From a phage, in the sequence record PZ445411.1: a DNA stretch of 51,129 nt; one strand, written 5' to 3'. Numbering within the stretch: position 1 is the first letter of the stretch; every line of letters starts with the position of its first letter. This document shows positions 9,932 to 20,415 of this stretch, in pieces. The translations under genes were made by a program, and so were the position numbers. The notes beneath the pieces are model-generated. The model ran no database searches and was not told where the DNA came from. It saw only the letters and a list, made by a program, of their open reading frames with translations.

Positions 9932-10242
9932 AAAGGGCGGTTTACCTGTTTTATCAGAAACCGCCGACAGATGCAGAACTTGAGGCTGTTGGCCTTACAA
10001 GGGCAGACTATGAAGGAGAAGATCCGCCAGAGGTTATATTTGATGAAAGCATGATGCAATCATGGGATATATTTTGCGCAATGCAAACTCAATGGAGATG
10101 TTCAGGCGGTGGCGCTTACGGATTTGATTATAATGTCTTGCCTATGCTTTTTGAGATTTACAAGGTTGAGGATCGCGAGATGGCGCTAAACGACTTGCGA
10201 ATCATGGAGCAAAAAGCACTTGAAATGATGCATTCAAAATAA
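9614..10242 (+). CDS. tail assembly chaperone fusion (GT-like) via programmed -1 frameshift
   Basis: The -1 frame is open from the slippery site at 9922-9928 through 10242 (ORF 10051-10242 is its 3' part); stem-loop 7 nt downstream of the heptamer. Confidence 0.6.
9922..9965 (+). promoter_or_regulatory. programmed -1 ribosomal frameshift signal (slippery heptamer + stem-loop)
   Basis: A_AAA_AAC at 9922-9928 in the G frame, 7-nt spacer, then 8-bp stem GGCGGTTT/AAACCGCC (9936-9943/9958-9965). Confidence 0.6.
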
Positions 10243-10263
10243 GCGCCTACGGGCGCTTTTTTA
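10241..10263 (+). terminator. rho-independent terminator after GT chaperone
   Basis: AGCGCC-tacg-GGCGCT hairpin then TTTTTT. Confidence 0.7.
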
Positions 10264-10281
10264 TTACCTGGAGGATTAATA

Positions 10282-12954
10282 ATGTCAGAACAATACGCAG
10301 GCTTGACGCTTGGGGTTGATGTATCTCAACTCAACAATGCTGTAAAGTCTTTGCAGCAATTCAAAAAGGCAAACGACGACGCAAAGGGAAGCGTTGAGAG
10401 CTTTGTTGATTCAGAGGTTGTTGCAAGACAAAGAGCCAAACAACTGGCTGAGGAATTGGCAAAGCAGAAGCAAGAATTTAAAGCAATTCAGTCGGCAATA
10501 GATCCGACAGCAAGCAAAATGGATAAGTTGCGCCAGGCGGCAACACAGCTTGATGCGCTTTGGAAAAAAGGAATTGTGCCGGATGATACATTCTTTGAGT
10601 TAGGATCAATTCTTGAGACGCAGCAAAATAAACTGATCGCAACTAAGAAGGCGCTAACTGAAGAAGGACGCGCGGCGCTTGAGGAAGCAAAAAATAAGGT
10701 AAGGGCAGAGGCTGAGGCAAGAAAGTTCATTGCGGCATTGCAGGCGCAAGCTGACGCAGCGGAAAAAACAAAATCAGAGCTTGTCGAAATGAGAGCCGCA
10801 CAACTTGGAGTTAGTGCAGAGGCAGCGCCATTTATTGCAAAAATGAAGGAGCAGGAAAAACAAGCCTCAAAACTTGGCGTTTCTATGGGGCAGTACAAGC
10901 AAGCAATGGCGCAATTGCCAATGCAGATCACTGACGTTGTTACTTCTCTTGCTTCAGGTATGCCAGTATGGATGATCGCAATCCAGCAAGGGGGGCAAAT
11001 CAAGGACTCATTCGGCGGTGTTGCTAATACGTTTAAAGCGCTAATGACATTTGTTACGCCTTTAAGTGTAGGAATGACGGCGCTGACTGGTGCGCTTGGT
11101 TATGCTGCATATAATGCATACAAAGCAAATGCGCAACTGAAGGAGATCACAAAAACCGTTCAGGAGGCAACAGGTCTTTCAGGTGAGTTTGCGGAGCGGA
11201 TTGCAACTGGAATCCAGGCGCTATCTGACAAGACAGGTGAGAGCGCCGATAATATCGCAAAGGCTTATATAAGCACTAAGGATGGAGCAAGCGAGGCTAT
11301 ACAAAAACTCGTCGATGTTGGATTTACCTATGACGAAGCAAAGGCAAAAGTAAACGAATACAAAAACGCATCAAGTTTTGTAAGTCTTAACAATGAAATT
11401 GCTGATCATAAAAACAAAGTTCTTGAGCTTGGCGATTCATGGTATGCGGTCTTAAAAGCAAAACGTGATTATGCTTCACCGTCCGGCGGGCTGTTGGGGA
11501 AAGAGCTTGGTTATGTGAATCCAATGCTGCAATTTGCGAAGAACACCTATGAGGATATAGGAAAGATCGTAAAAGATGCGAATAAGGATATGGCGGAACG
11601 AGCAGCACGCATCGACAGAGAAAACCTTTCCTTAAACAGAGTTCGAGCGGCTCAAGAGGCTTTAAACAAAGCCATAGAGGATCAGAAGAACGTAGCAAGG
11701 ACAGCAGACGAAGAGTTGAAAAAACGAGCGGCTGAGAACGTTGAGTTCAGGCGAAAAGAGCTTGAAGAGGCGAAGAAGGCGCAGCAGCAAAAGGAAAAAG
11801 TTGGTGGAGTTGTAAAAGCACCAACAGAGCAGCTTGATAAGGAGCTATATGTTCTCAAGGCGCAACTTGAAACTCTGAAAGAGCACCGAACTGTAAATGA
11901 TGTTATTTCACGCCAGAGGCAATCTTTGTGGAGTATTGAAAAGCAGATCCAGATCCTGGAGGAAGCGCAAAGCAAACGTAAGCTGACAAAAGCGGAACAG
12001 GCGTTACTAAACGAGCAAAAAGCAGTTATTGCTATGGCAAAAGAAAAGGCCGAGATAGGCGATCAGATTGTTTTGCAACAGAGAAAGAATAAGCAATACC
12101 AGGACGGGCTTAAATTCATTCAGCAAACATCAGATGCTATTGACGCTATGAACTTGCGACAGTCTGGAGCTACAGATCTGCAAATCCAGCGAGAGCTTGA
12201 GTTGAAGAAGTTGCGAACTGATTATGTTGCTGGCGGAGGTAGTATCGACGATGAAATTTATCAGCAGATGGAAGCAAAGCTGAAGGAGTATTACGCCACT
12301 GAAGATCAGCTTAGAAGTAACTGGATTGCAGGAGCGAAAAACGCATGGGAGGTTTACGGACAAGATGCAATGGATATGTACGGCAACGTGCAAGATATTG
12401 CAAGCGAGGCGCTCAACGGTCTAACCAACCAAATGGCTACATTCCTTGCAACAGGCAAGGCAAACTTTAAGAGCTTCGCAACGTCAATCATCCAAATGAT
12501 TATCCAGATGATCACAAAGATGGTTATCTTTAATGCCATATCTGGTGCGATTGGCGGTGACACCTGGACGATTGGTAGTCTTCTTAAAAATGTTGGATTT
12601 GCAACTGGTGGATACACTGGAGACGGCGGGAAGTATGAGCCAGCAGGTGTTGTTCATAAAGGTGAATTTGTCATGACGAAGGAGGCCACGAAGCGGATCG
12701 GAGTTGGAAACCTTTACAAAATGATGCGCGGTTATGCAAATGGCGGCGTTGTTGGCGGCACTTCATACACTGGCGGCGGAGTTTCATCTGGAGCAACAAA
12801 TCTTAATATTGGCGGGATCAGCGTTGATATTAACAACGGAAGCGATCCGAAAGGGTTGGAGACTGGCGTAAAAATGATTTTCACTGATATGATTAAGCGT
12901 TCATGTACGCAGGGTGGGGAAGTTTACGAATTTGTTATGTCTAAGCGGGGGTGA
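10282..12954 (+). CDS. tail tape measure protein
   Basis: 890 aa, long coiled-coil-rich central region, hydrophobic segment and Gly-rich C-terminus; canonical position after G/GT. Confidence 0.85.
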   Translation: MSEQYAGLTLGVDVSQLNNAVKSLQQFKKANDDAKGSVESFVDSEVVARQRAKQLAEELAKQKQEFKAIQSAIDPTASKMDKLRQAATQLDALWKKGIVPDDTFFELGSILETQQNKLIATKKALTEEGRAALEEAKNKVRAEAEARKFIAALQAQADAAEKTKSELVEMRAAQLGVSAEAAPFIAKMKEQEKQASKLGVSMGQYKQAMAQLPMQITDVVTSLASGMPVWMIAIQQGGQIKDSFGGVANTFKALMTFVTPLSVGMTALTGALGYAAYNAYKANAQLKEITKTVQEATGLSGEFAERIATGIQALSDKTGESADNIAKAYISTKDGASEAIQKLVDVGFTYDEAKAKVNEYKNASSFVSLNNEIADHKNKVLELGDSWYAVLKAKRDYASPSGGLLGKELGYVNPMLQFAKNTYEDIGKIVKDANKDMAERAARIDRENLSLNRVRAAQEALNKAIEDQKNVARTADEELKKRAAENVEFRRKELEEAKKAQQQKEKVGGVVKAPTEQLDKELYVLKAQLETLKEHRTVNDVISRQRQSLWSIEKQIQILEEAQSKRKLTKAEQALLNEQKAVIAMAKEKAEIGDQIVLQQRKNKQYQDGLKFIQQTSDAIDAMNLRQSGATDLQIQRELELKKLRTDYVAGGGSIDDEIYQQMEAKLKEYYATEDQLRSNWIAGAKNAWEVYGQDAMDMYGNVQDIASEALNGLTNQMATFLATGKANFKSFATSIIQMIIQMITKMVIFNAISGAIGGDTWTIGSLLKNVGFATGGYTGDGGKYEPAGVVHKGEFVMTKEATKRIGVGNLYKMMRGYANGGVVGGTSYTGGGVSSGATNLNIGGISVDINNGSDPKGLETGVKMIFTDMIKRSCTQGGEVYEFVMSKRG

Positions 12955-13010
12955 TAGTGAAACTTGAGCAATTCAAATGGTGCACGCAAACGCAAGGAGG
13001 CGGCGGCGCC

Positions 13011-13307
13011 ATGACTACATCAAATAACGACAGGGAAATTTCATTTGGTAATGGTTACACGCAGGTTGCATCAGGAGGATTCAATACGGTACGCAGGGAG
13101 TTTTCCATTGTTTATGTTGGCAAGGATTACAGAGACGTTGTTGACTTCCTGAATGGTCACAGGCTGAAGCCTTTTTTATGGTTCATGCCTGACGGTCAGC
13201 CTGGTCTATTCAGGGTAAAATCTGGTAGCGTTGGATTAACTCCAATATCAGCAACCGTCCAGGAAGTGAAGGCAACATTTACTGAGCAATTTACATCAAT
13301 GCAATAA
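13011..13307 (+). CDS. minor tail protein (lambda M-like)
   Basis: 98 aa from ATG 13011 with RBS AAGGAGG (the track start 12951 is GTG overlapping the tape measure); synteny with lambda M-L-K-I-J. Confidence 0.6.
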   Translation: MTTSNNDREISFGNGYTQVASGGFNTVRREFSIVYVGKDYRDVVDFLNGHRLKPFLWFMPDGQPGLFRVKSGSVGLTPISATVQEVKATFTEQFTSMQ

Positions 13308-13310
13308 TTC

Positions 13311-13335
13311 AAGCCGCCTTTGTGCGGCTTTTTTA
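13311..13335 (+). terminator. rho-independent terminator
   Basis: AAGCCGC-ctttgt-GCGGCTT hairpin then T-run. Confidence 0.7.
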
Positions 13336-13368
13336 TTGATGATACAATGTGCGAAAGGAGGTGCAATT

Positions 13369-14130
13369 ATGGCTAATGAAACAACAGGTCGAGCGGATCT
13401 TGAAAATTGTCTGCAAAGCCTTTACCCTGGCGAGATTATCACGCTAATTGAAATTGACGGTACAAAGTTTGGCGCAAACATTTACCGCATACACAATGAG
13501 AACATCTCATACACTGCGGAAGAATTATTGCAGGCGCGAGAAACTGGAGTTCTTCCGCCGAAAGAGATTACATTCCGTGGTGAGGTTTACGGCGCGCGCC
13601 CGTTCGGAATATCTGGAATCAACTTCACAAGCAACGGAAAGGCTGATAAGCCACAATTGATACTGTCAAACCTTGATAGCCAGGTGAGCGCGATGATTCG
13701 CAACTTTAACGGCATGATGCAAGCTAAGGTTACAATCTGGATCACGCCAGCAGAATTAATGGGTAAAGATGGCATCATTAAAGATGGCGCTTCAAGAAAG
13801 CTGGTTTATTACATTGAGCGCCCAAGCCATTACAATAGAATGATGGCAAAGTTTGATCTGACATCGCCTTATGATATGGATGGAATAATGATTCCTCCGC
13901 GAATAACTCAAAGCGTTTGTTATTGGGCGCAGCGTGGATGGTATCGAAGCGGAAAAGGTTGCGGATACAATGGATCGCGAATGTTTGACAAAGACAACAA
14001 TCCTGTAACCGATCCATCTCAAGACTTTTGCGCAGGAACTGTAACAGTGTGCAAACTTCGTTTTGGTGCAGATCAGCAGCTTGATTTTGGCGGTGCGCCA
14101 GTAGCAAGCCTGTTAAGGAGAAATCAGTGA
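13369..14130 (+). CDS. minor tail protein (lambda L-like)
   Basis: 253 aa from ATG 13369 with RBS AAAGGAGG; C-terminal cysteine cluster (CYWAQ...GKGCGY...FCAGTVTVC) as in gpL; synteny. Confidence 0.7.
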   Translation: MANETTGRADLENCLQSLYPGEIITLIEIDGTKFGANIYRIHNENISYTAEELLQARETGVLPPKEITFRGEVYGARPFGISGINFTSNGKADKPQLILSNLDSQVSAMIRNFNGMMQAKVTIWITPAELMGKDGIIKDGASRKLVYYIERPSHYNRMMAKFDLTSPYDMDGIMIPPRITQSVCYWAQRGWYRSGKGCGYNGSRMFDKDNNPVTDPSQDFCAGTVTVCKLRFGADQQLDFGGAPVASLLRRNQ

Positions 14131-14861
14131 TGATTAGTGCAAAAATAAAACTTGAAATAATGCAGCACGTAAAAGATGAATACCCGCGCGAGGCGTGCGG
14201 TGTTATCACTCAAAAATCACGCGTGCAAAAATACCGCCGCATAACCAACGTACATGATGATCCTGAAAATCATTTTGAGATGGACGCAATTGAATACGTT
14301 GAAGCGTGCGAAAGTGGCGAGCTTATTGCTGTTGTGCATAGCCACACTGGAGACGGGGCAAGTACAATTCCAAGCGCCCATGATACATGCATGTGTGATG
14401 AAATGGGTGTTTCATGGGTTATTGTGTCATGGCCAGAAGGTGATATGAGGATCATTGAGCCTGAATCTCGTCCTCTGATTGGTCGCCCGTGGTCGCTTGG
14501 GGCGTATGATTGCTGGGGGCTTATTATGGCATGGCACAAGCAACATGGAGTTATCCTGAATGATTTCAGGAAACCATATGAATGGTGGAAGCCTGAGCAC
14601 GGTGAAAATCTTTATCAAGAAAATTATCTGAAAGAGGGTTTTATTGAAACAGGAGAGCCGCCAAAACCTGGTGATATGGTTATCTTTCAGCTTTCCGCGC
14701 CAGTGTGGAATCATGCAGGCATTTATCTTGGCAACAATCAGTTGCTTCATCATGCCTTTGGTAAATTGTCGAGGGTTGATTTGTATTCTGGATGGTATCA
14801 GGAACATGCAAAAATGGTTTGTAGACATAAGGATCTGAAATATGACTTTGAAGGTAATTAA
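14130..14861 (+). CDS. tail assembly protein (lambda K-like; MPN/JAMM + NlpC/P60)
   Basis: JAMM-like HSHTGDGASTIPSAHD motif and NlpC/P60-like Cys (YDCWGL) / His (HAGIYLG); synteny. Confidence 0.8.
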   Translation: MISAKIKLEIMQHVKDEYPREACGVITQKSRVQKYRRITNVHDDPENHFEMDAIEYVEACESGELIAVVHSHTGDGASTIPSAHDTCMCDEMGVSWVIVSWPEGDMRIIEPESRPLIGRPWSLGAYDCWGLIMAWHKQHGVILNDFRKPYEWWKPEHGENLYQENYLKEGFIETGEPPKPGDMVIFQLSAPVWNHAGIYLGNNQLLHHAFGKLSRVDLYSGWYQEHAKMVCRHKDLKYDFEGN

Positions 14862-15438
14862 ATTATCTGGATCTTTAGGGCGAAGATTTGGTGTATTTCA
14901 TAAGCTGGCTGTTGACTCATACCCTGAAGCAATACGCGCACTATCTTCGCAGGTGGAAGGATTCAAGGACTACATGCAAAGCGAAGTAGGATCGCGGATG
15001 CGTTACGCTGTATTTGTTGACGGTAAGAATGTAGGGCAGCACGATGAAAAAGCGTGGCAATGTGCAAAGGAAGTGAGGATTATTCCAATCCCCACAGGTT
15101 CAAAGTCTGGCGGCTTGTTTCAGGTTGTTCTTGGTGCGGTTATTATGGCGACTGCATTTTTCACTGGCGGCTCCTCACTTGCGTTGATGGGTGCTTTTGC
15201 ATCTTCTGCTTTCATGATGGGTGGCGCTATGGTGCTTGGCGGAGTAATGCAAATGATCTCACCGCAGCAAGGAGGATCAAGATTGTCATCCCAATCAGCA
15301 GAAAACAAGCCGTCTTATGCTTTCGGTGGCGCTGTTAACACAACGGCAGCAGGATACCCAATACCATTGCCATATGGTAAAAGGACCGTCGGCGGAGCTA
15401 TATGGTCGGCTGGGAGTTATGCAGAGGATAAGGCTTAA
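14842..15438 (+). CDS. tail assembly protein (lambda I-like)
   Basis: 198 aa, overlaps K-like gene end; hydrophobic Gly/Ala-rich middle; directly upstream of J-like gene. Confidence 0.6.
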   Translation: MTLKVIKLSGSLGRRFGVFHKLAVDSYPEAIRALSSQVEGFKDYMQSEVGSRMRYAVFVDGKNVGQHDEKAWQCAKEVRIIPIPTGSKSGGLFQVVLGAVIMATAFFTGGSSLALMGAFASSAFMMGGAMVLGGVMQMISPQQGGSRLSSQSAENKPSYAFGGAVNTTAAGYPIPLPYGKRTVGGAIWSAGSYAEDKA

Positions 15439-15446
15439 TATAAAAG

Positions 15447-15474
15447 AGTCGCGCGTTGCGCGGCTTTTTTTTTG
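15447..15474 (+). terminator. rho-independent terminator upstream of J-like gene
   Basis: GC-rich imperfect hairpin (GTCGCGCG...CGCGGC) followed by nine T. Confidence 0.65.
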
Positions 15475-15518
15475 CCCGTATAATTCAACAAATAAAATAG
15501 CACAAAAGGTGAAAAAGC

Positions 15519-18500
15519 ATGGCTGAAAATATGATAACTGGCAGTAAGGGTGGATCATCAAAACCTTATGTGCCGAAAGAGATGGAAGATAACCTGATCT
15601 CAATCAACAAAATCAAAATCCTTCTTGCCGTTTCCGATGGCGAGTGCGATCCAGATTTTACACTTCGCGATCTGTATCTTGATGATGTTCCGGTAATTGC
15701 AGATGATGGAACTGTTAACTACCAGGGTGTGAAAGCTGAATTTCGACCTGGAACACAGACGCAAGATTACATTCAGGGGTTTACTGACACATCAAGCGAA
15801 GTGACACTGGCGCGTGACATTACTACATCAAATCCTTATGTAATTTCTGTGACCAACAAAACATTATCGGCTATCAGAATCAAAATGCTAATGCCAACAG
15901 GCATTAAGCAAGAGGATAACGGCGATCTTGTCGGCGTTAAGGTTACTTATGCTGTTGATATGGCTGTTGACGGAGACTCTTACAAAGAAGTATTGCTAGA
16001 CACCATCGAAGGTAAAACTCGTTCCGGTTACGACAGAAGCCGAAGGATTGACCTTCCGGCATTTAATGATCGCGTATTGCTTAGGGTTAGAAGGGTTACG
16101 GCAGACAGCACATCTTCTCGCGTTACCGATCTGATTAAGCTACAAAGTTACGCTGAGGTTATTGATGCAAAATTCCGTTATCCTCTGACTGGTCTTGTAT
16201 ATGTTGAATTTGACAGTGAGTTATTCCCTAACCAGATCCCTAACATTTCAATCAAGAAGAAATGGAAGTTGATTAATGTTCCGAGCAATTACGATCCGGT
16301 AATGCGAGAGTATCACGGTTCATGGGATGGTACTTTCAAGAAAGCGTGGTCGAACAATCCGGCGTGGGTTCTTTATGACATTATCACAAACCAGCGATAC
16401 GGATTAGATCAGCGAGAACTTGGTGTGCAGGTTGACAAATGGAGTCTTTACGAAGCTGCGCAATACTGCGATCAGAAAGTGCCGGATGGAAAAGGCGGTA
16501 CAGAGCCGCGTTATCTATGCGACGTTGTGATTCAAAGCCAGATTGAGGCTTATCAGCTTATTCGTGATATTTGCTCAATCTTCCGAGGCATGAGCTTTTG
16601 GAATGGCGAGAGCTTGTCAATCGTCATTGATAAGCCGCGCGATCCGTCGTACATCTTCACCAATGACAACGTTGTTGATGGTGATTTTCAGTACACAACA
16701 GCAAGCGAAAAGAGCATGTACACGCAGTGCAACGTGACGTTCGACGACGAACAAAACATGTATCAACAGGACGTAGAGGGCGTATTCGACACCGAGGCAG
16801 CATTGCGCTTTGGATACAATCCTACAAGCATAACCGCGATCGGATGTACACGCAGGAGCGAGGCTAATCGGCGCGGTCGATGGATATTAAAAACCAACTT
16901 GCGCAGCACTACGGTAAACTTTGCTACTGGACTGGAAGGCATGATCCCATCAATAGGTGATGTGATTGCTATTGCTGACAATTTTCACAGCAGCAACCTT
17001 AAATTAAACCTATCAGGGCGCGTGATGGAAGTTTCCGGCTTGCAGGTGTTCGCTCCGTTTAAGATTGACGCACGACCAGGTGATTTCATTATCATCAACA
17101 AGCCGGACGGTAAGCCAGTTAAGCGCACAATCTCAAAGGTAAGCGGTGACGGAAAAACCATTGAGCTAAACATTGGGTTTGGATTTGACGTTAAACCTGA
17201 CACGGTTTTTGCAATCGACCGCACTGATATTGCTTTGCAGCAATACGTTGTAACGAGCATCGGCAAAGGTGATGATGATGATGAATTTACATACTCAATC
17301 ACGGCTGTTGAATATGATCCTAACAAATATGACGAGATTGATTATGGAGTAAACATTGACGACAGGCCAACTTCAATTGTCCAGCCTGACACAATGGCAG
17401 CGCCTGAAAATGTGCAAATATCCTCATACTCGCGAATTGTCCAGGGTGCAAGCGTTGAAACAATGGTTGTGTCGTGGGATAAAGTACCTTACGCATCGCT
17501 GTATGAAATGCAGTGGCGAAAAGGTGATGGCAACTGGCTGAATACACCACAGACTGCAAACAAAGAAATTGAGGTTGAAGGTATTTATTCAGGAAACTAC
17601 CAGGTAAGGGTTAGATCTGTTTCTGCTTCCGGCTCTACATCTCCATGGTCCAGAATTGTGACAGCTTCACTGACTGGTAAGGTAGGAGAGCCAGGCGCGC
17701 CAGTTAACTTAACAGCATCCGACAATGAGGTGTTTGGAATTCGTGTTAAGTGGGGAATGCCAGAAGGCAGCGGAGACACGGCATACATTGAGCTTCATCA
17801 GTCGCCGGATGGAACGGCTGAAAACTCAAGCCTGTTAACGCTGATCCCATATCCACAATATGAATACTGGCACGGTACGCTTCCGGCTGGTCATGTTGTA
17901 TGGTATAGAATCCGCAGCGTTGACAGAATCGGCAACGTTTCCGGCTGGACTGATTTTGTTAGAGGCATGGCTTCAGATGATGTGGAGGCTGTTTTAGGCG
18001 ATATTCTTGATAAGATTTTTGATACCGAAGCCGGAAAGGATCTGAAAGAGAATGCCATTGATAGCGCAAACAAAATCAAGGATCAGGCACAAAGCATCAT
18101 TCAAAACGCATTGGCGAATGATGCAGACGTTAGGATTATGAGGAAGGAAAACGGAAAACGCAAAGCCGAATTCAGGCAATCAATACAGTTGATCGCAAAT
18201 GAAACTGAGGCGCGCGTTACCGCAATGACGCAACTCAAGGCTGAATTTGACGAGGAAATAACCAGCGAAGTAACGAGACTCGATCAGGCAATTGCAACAG
18301 AATCGGAAACGCGAGCCACAGCAATTGAGGAATTGAAGTCACAGATTGGAGATGATATTCAGGGACAGTTAACGAGAGTTGAGGAGGCGATTGCAAGTGA
18401 AACAGAGGCGCGCGTTTCGGCTGATACAGCATTAACAGCGAAGTTTGGAGATGTTGAATCAGCGCTGGCAGAAAAACTTGATTCATGGGCTGGCGTTAAT

Positions 18501-18944
18501 GGAGTTGGCGCACAGTACGCAATGAAACTTGGATTGACATACAACGGGCAGAAGTACAGCGCTGGTATGGTGATGCAGCTTTCGCAGGGTTCATCCGGCC
18601 TTATTTCGCAGATTTTGTTTGATGCGAACAGGTTCGCCATCATGACAAGTTCGACTGGAGGGTCGTATACATTGCCTTTTGTGGTAGAAAATAACCAAGT
18701 TTTCATCAACAGCCTGTTAGTGAAAAACGGATCAATCACAAACGCCATGATCGGTAACTTCATCCAATCAAACAATTACGTTTGGAATCAAGCGGGGTGG
18801 AGGCTGGACAAAAACGGCACGTTTGAAAATTATGGTTCTACTCCTGGAGAGGGGGCCATGAAAATGACAAACGAAACGATCAGCGTTAGGGATGCAAACG
18901 GAGTTTTGCGTGTTCAGATTGGTAGGCTGACTGGTGCGTGGTAA
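15519..18944 (+). CDS. central tail fibre / host specificity protein (lambda J-like)
   Basis: 1141 aa; long stretches match remembered lambda J sequence (NYDPxxREYHGSWDGTFKxAWSNNPAWVLYD, DKWSLYEAAQYCDQKVPDGKGGTEPRY). Confidence 0.9.
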   Translation: MAENMITGSKGGSSKPYVPKEMEDNLISINKIKILLAVSDGECDPDFTLRDLYLDDVPVIADDGTVNYQGVKAEFRPGTQTQDYIQGFTDTSSEVTLARDITTSNPYVISVTNKTLSAIRIKMLMPTGIKQEDNGDLVGVKVTYAVDMAVDGDSYKEVLLDTIEGKTRSGYDRSRRIDLPAFNDRVLLRVRRVTADSTSSRVTDLIKLQSYAEVIDAKFRYPLTGLVYVEFDSELFPNQIPNISIKKKWKLINVPSNYDPVMREYHGSWDGTFKKAWSNNPAWVLYDIITNQRYGLDQRELGVQVDKWSLYEAAQYCDQKVPDGKGGTEPRYLCDVVIQSQIEAYQLIRDICSIFRGMSFWNGESLSIVIDKPRDPSYIFTNDNVVDGDFQYTTASEKSMYTQCNVTFDDEQNMYQQDVEGVFDTEAALRFGYNPTSITAIGCTRRSEANRRGRWILKTNLRSTTVNFATGLEGMIPSIGDVIAIADNFHSSNLKLNLSGRVMEVSGLQVFAPFKIDARPGDFIIINKPDGKPVKRTISKVSGDGKTIELNIGFGFDVKPDTVFAIDRTDIALQQYVVTSIGKGDDDDEFTYSITAVEYDPNKYDEIDYGVNIDDRPTSIVQPDTMAAPENVQISSYSRIVQGASVETMVVSWDKVPYASLYEMQWRKGDGNWLNTPQTANKEIEVEGIYSGNYQVRVRSVSASGSTSPWSRIVTASLTGKVGEPGAPVNLTASDNEVFGIRVKWGMPEGSGDTAYIELHQSPDGTAENSSLLTLIPYPQYEYWHGTLPAGHVVWYRIRSVDRIGNVSGWTDFVRGMASDDVEAVLGDILDKIFDTEAGKDLKENAIDSANKIKDQAQSIIQNALANDADVRIMRKENGKRKAEFRQSIQLIANETEARVTAMTQLKAEFDEEITSEVTRLDQAIATESETRATAIEELKSQIGDDIQGQLTRVEEAIASETEARVSADTALTAKFGDVESALAEKLDSWAGVNGVGAQYAMKLGLTYNGQKYSAGMVMQLSQGSSGLISQILFDANRFAIMTSSTGGSYTLPFVVENNQVFINSLLVKNGSITNAMIGNFIQSNNYVWNQAGWRLDKNGTFENYGSTPGEGAMKMTNETISVRDANGVLRVQIGRLTGAW

Positions 18945-18987
18945 AATCAAAGCGGGGCGCTTGCCCCGCATTTATGGAGGTTTAATA

Positions 18988-19293
18988 ATGGCTGAGTATG
19001 GAATTTCAACGTGGGATGCAAACGGTAATTATAATAACTATGGGATCAAGCCTGTTTCAGTTGTTGGTATCATTTTTTTAAGTCAAGGCCAAACAAGTGG
19101 ATCTTGGTCCTTTACAATACCAAGCGGGATGAAAGTAGGATTCGCAATTGCTCTTGATCAAGGTGATGTTGGCGTGGGGAGGAATATAGTAGCATCAGGA
19201 AATACAATAAAAGTTTCACCTGCAAGTAACGTTGGGCCTGGAAATTATGCTGCGTCTGCTTGTGAATTGGTAGTTTTTGTGGAGAAATCTTAA
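18988..19293 (+). CDS. hypothetical tail-tip / host-range module protein
   Basis: 101 aa from ATG 18988 with RBS GGAGG; visibly AT-rich; N-terminus (YGISTWDANGNY) resembles an internal segment of the next ORF (YGMAIWDEGGTC). Confidence 0.4.
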   Translation: MAEYGISTWDANGNYNNYGIKPVSVVGIIFLSQGQTSGSWSFTIPSGMKVGFAIALDQGDVGVGRNIVASGNTIKVSPASNVGPGNYAASACELVVFVEKS

Positions 19294-19294
19294 T

Positions 19295-19966
19295 ATGAGT
19301 TACGGTGCTTTATTAAATCTTAATAACGGCAATCCATTTGTTACGCCAAATTCAACGCCTTTTGTATTATATAAAAAAGTAAATGTATCATCTTCCGCTA
19401 ACGGAGTTTTTCAATCAGCATCAACTAATATTCAAATCAGTTCAAGTTATCCGGCAATAGCATTTTTGAAAACAACTTACACAGCACAACCAACAACAGT
19501 TGGATCAAGAAGAAATGGAGACAGTATAGTTGTTAGCTCAAGCAATCCATTTGGTCAATCACACACTTTAACAGCTTATGTTTTTGCAAGATTCCCTCAG
19601 CCATTGCCAAAATATGGAATGGCAATTTGGGATGAAGGAGGGACGTGTATATTAACAAATGAATCAAAGGTTTTAACAGATCTAGTGACCATTGGGACAC
19701 CTGGAGTTAATGGTGGTATAAATATAGATGAAACGTTATCAGGAAGTTATGCAGTATCACCAGGAATATTGGGTTCTACTCTAATTAGATTTTTTGTTCA
19801 AGGTCAACCACAGGTGATTTCTATTACTGCATACACAGGAGCCAGGTTTAACGGGTCAACAACAAGAATATCAGCAGCAAGCGGTAATAATGCAACTGGA
19901 TCTGTTGTTGGATATACAAATAATGGCAATGCAATAACAGCCATAAAGACTGACATTTACGACTAA
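19295..19966 (+). CDS. hypothetical tail-tip / receptor-binding candidate
   Basis: 223 aa from ATG 19295 with RBS GGAG; Ser/Thr/Asn/Gly-rich, AT-rich coding; last gene before a bidirectional terminator. Confidence 0.4.
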   Translation: MSYGALLNLNNGNPFVTPNSTPFVLYKKVNVSSSANGVFQSASTNIQISSSYPAIAFLKTTYTAQPTTVGSRRNGDSIVVSSSNPFGQSHTLTAYVFARFPQPLPKYGMAIWDEGGTCILTNESKVLTDLVTIGTPGVNGGINIDETLSGSYAVSPGILGSTLIRFFVQGQPQVISITAYTGARFNGSTTRISAASGNNATGSVVGYTNNGNAITAIKTDIYD

Positions 19967-19968
19967 TG

Positions 19969-20000
19969 AAAAAGGGGGGGGGCTTTCGCCCCTTTGTTTT
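19969..20000. terminator. bidirectional terminator between convergent genes (contains a 9-G homopolymer)
   Basis: AAAAAGGGGGGGGG-cttt-CGCCCCTTTGTTTTT; A-run on one side, T-run on the other. Confidence 0.6.
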
Positions 20001-20003
20001 TAT

Positions 20004-20231
20004 TTACAGACTGCAATCAGCGTTTTTAAAGTTATCAATGCTTACCCACTGAAAATTAAACGGATAGCCAGCCTTAACAATAGTGCGGTCGCCAACTCGT
20101 TTTACTCCAAAAATAGCAACTGAATACTGCATACCGCTATTTTCATAAATAGCCGTGCATTCACGCTTAGGCATATTTGCACATCCAGTCAGTGTAACGG
20201 TTGCAATCAAAACGGCGATTAACTTTTTCAT
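20004..20231 (-). CDS. lipoprotein, Llp-like superinfection-exclusion candidate
   Basis: 75 aa; signal peptide with lipobox LTGC; overall pattern resembles T5 Llp as I recall it; RBS AAGGAG. Confidence 0.5.
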   Translation of the reverse strand: MKKLIAVLIATVTLTGCANMPKRECTAIYENSGMQYSVAIFGVKRVGDRTIVKAGYPFNFQWVSIDNFKNADCSL

Positions 20232-20262
20232 GTTGGTATCTCCTTAGTTGTTGTTGGTTGCA

Positions 20263-20304
20263 ACTATACACGATCTTGCGGTGGGCGTTTAGCAAAAAGT
20301 GCTA
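20263..20304 (-). promoter_or_regulatory. conserved box variant + TATAGT cassette upstream of Llp-like lipoprotein gene (minus strand)
   Basis: Minus strand TAGCACTTTTTGCTAAAC, 20 nt, TATAGT, then RBS AAGGAG and ATG 20231. Confidence 0.45.
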
Positions 20305-20415
20305 TTCTGTTCCTTTTGTTCTCCGGTGTTCTCAAATCTGCGGAGGCTTAAATTTAGCTCAAAAAGTGAACAGTAATAGAGCGCTATACATACGAATAAA
20401 TATATATACATACAT

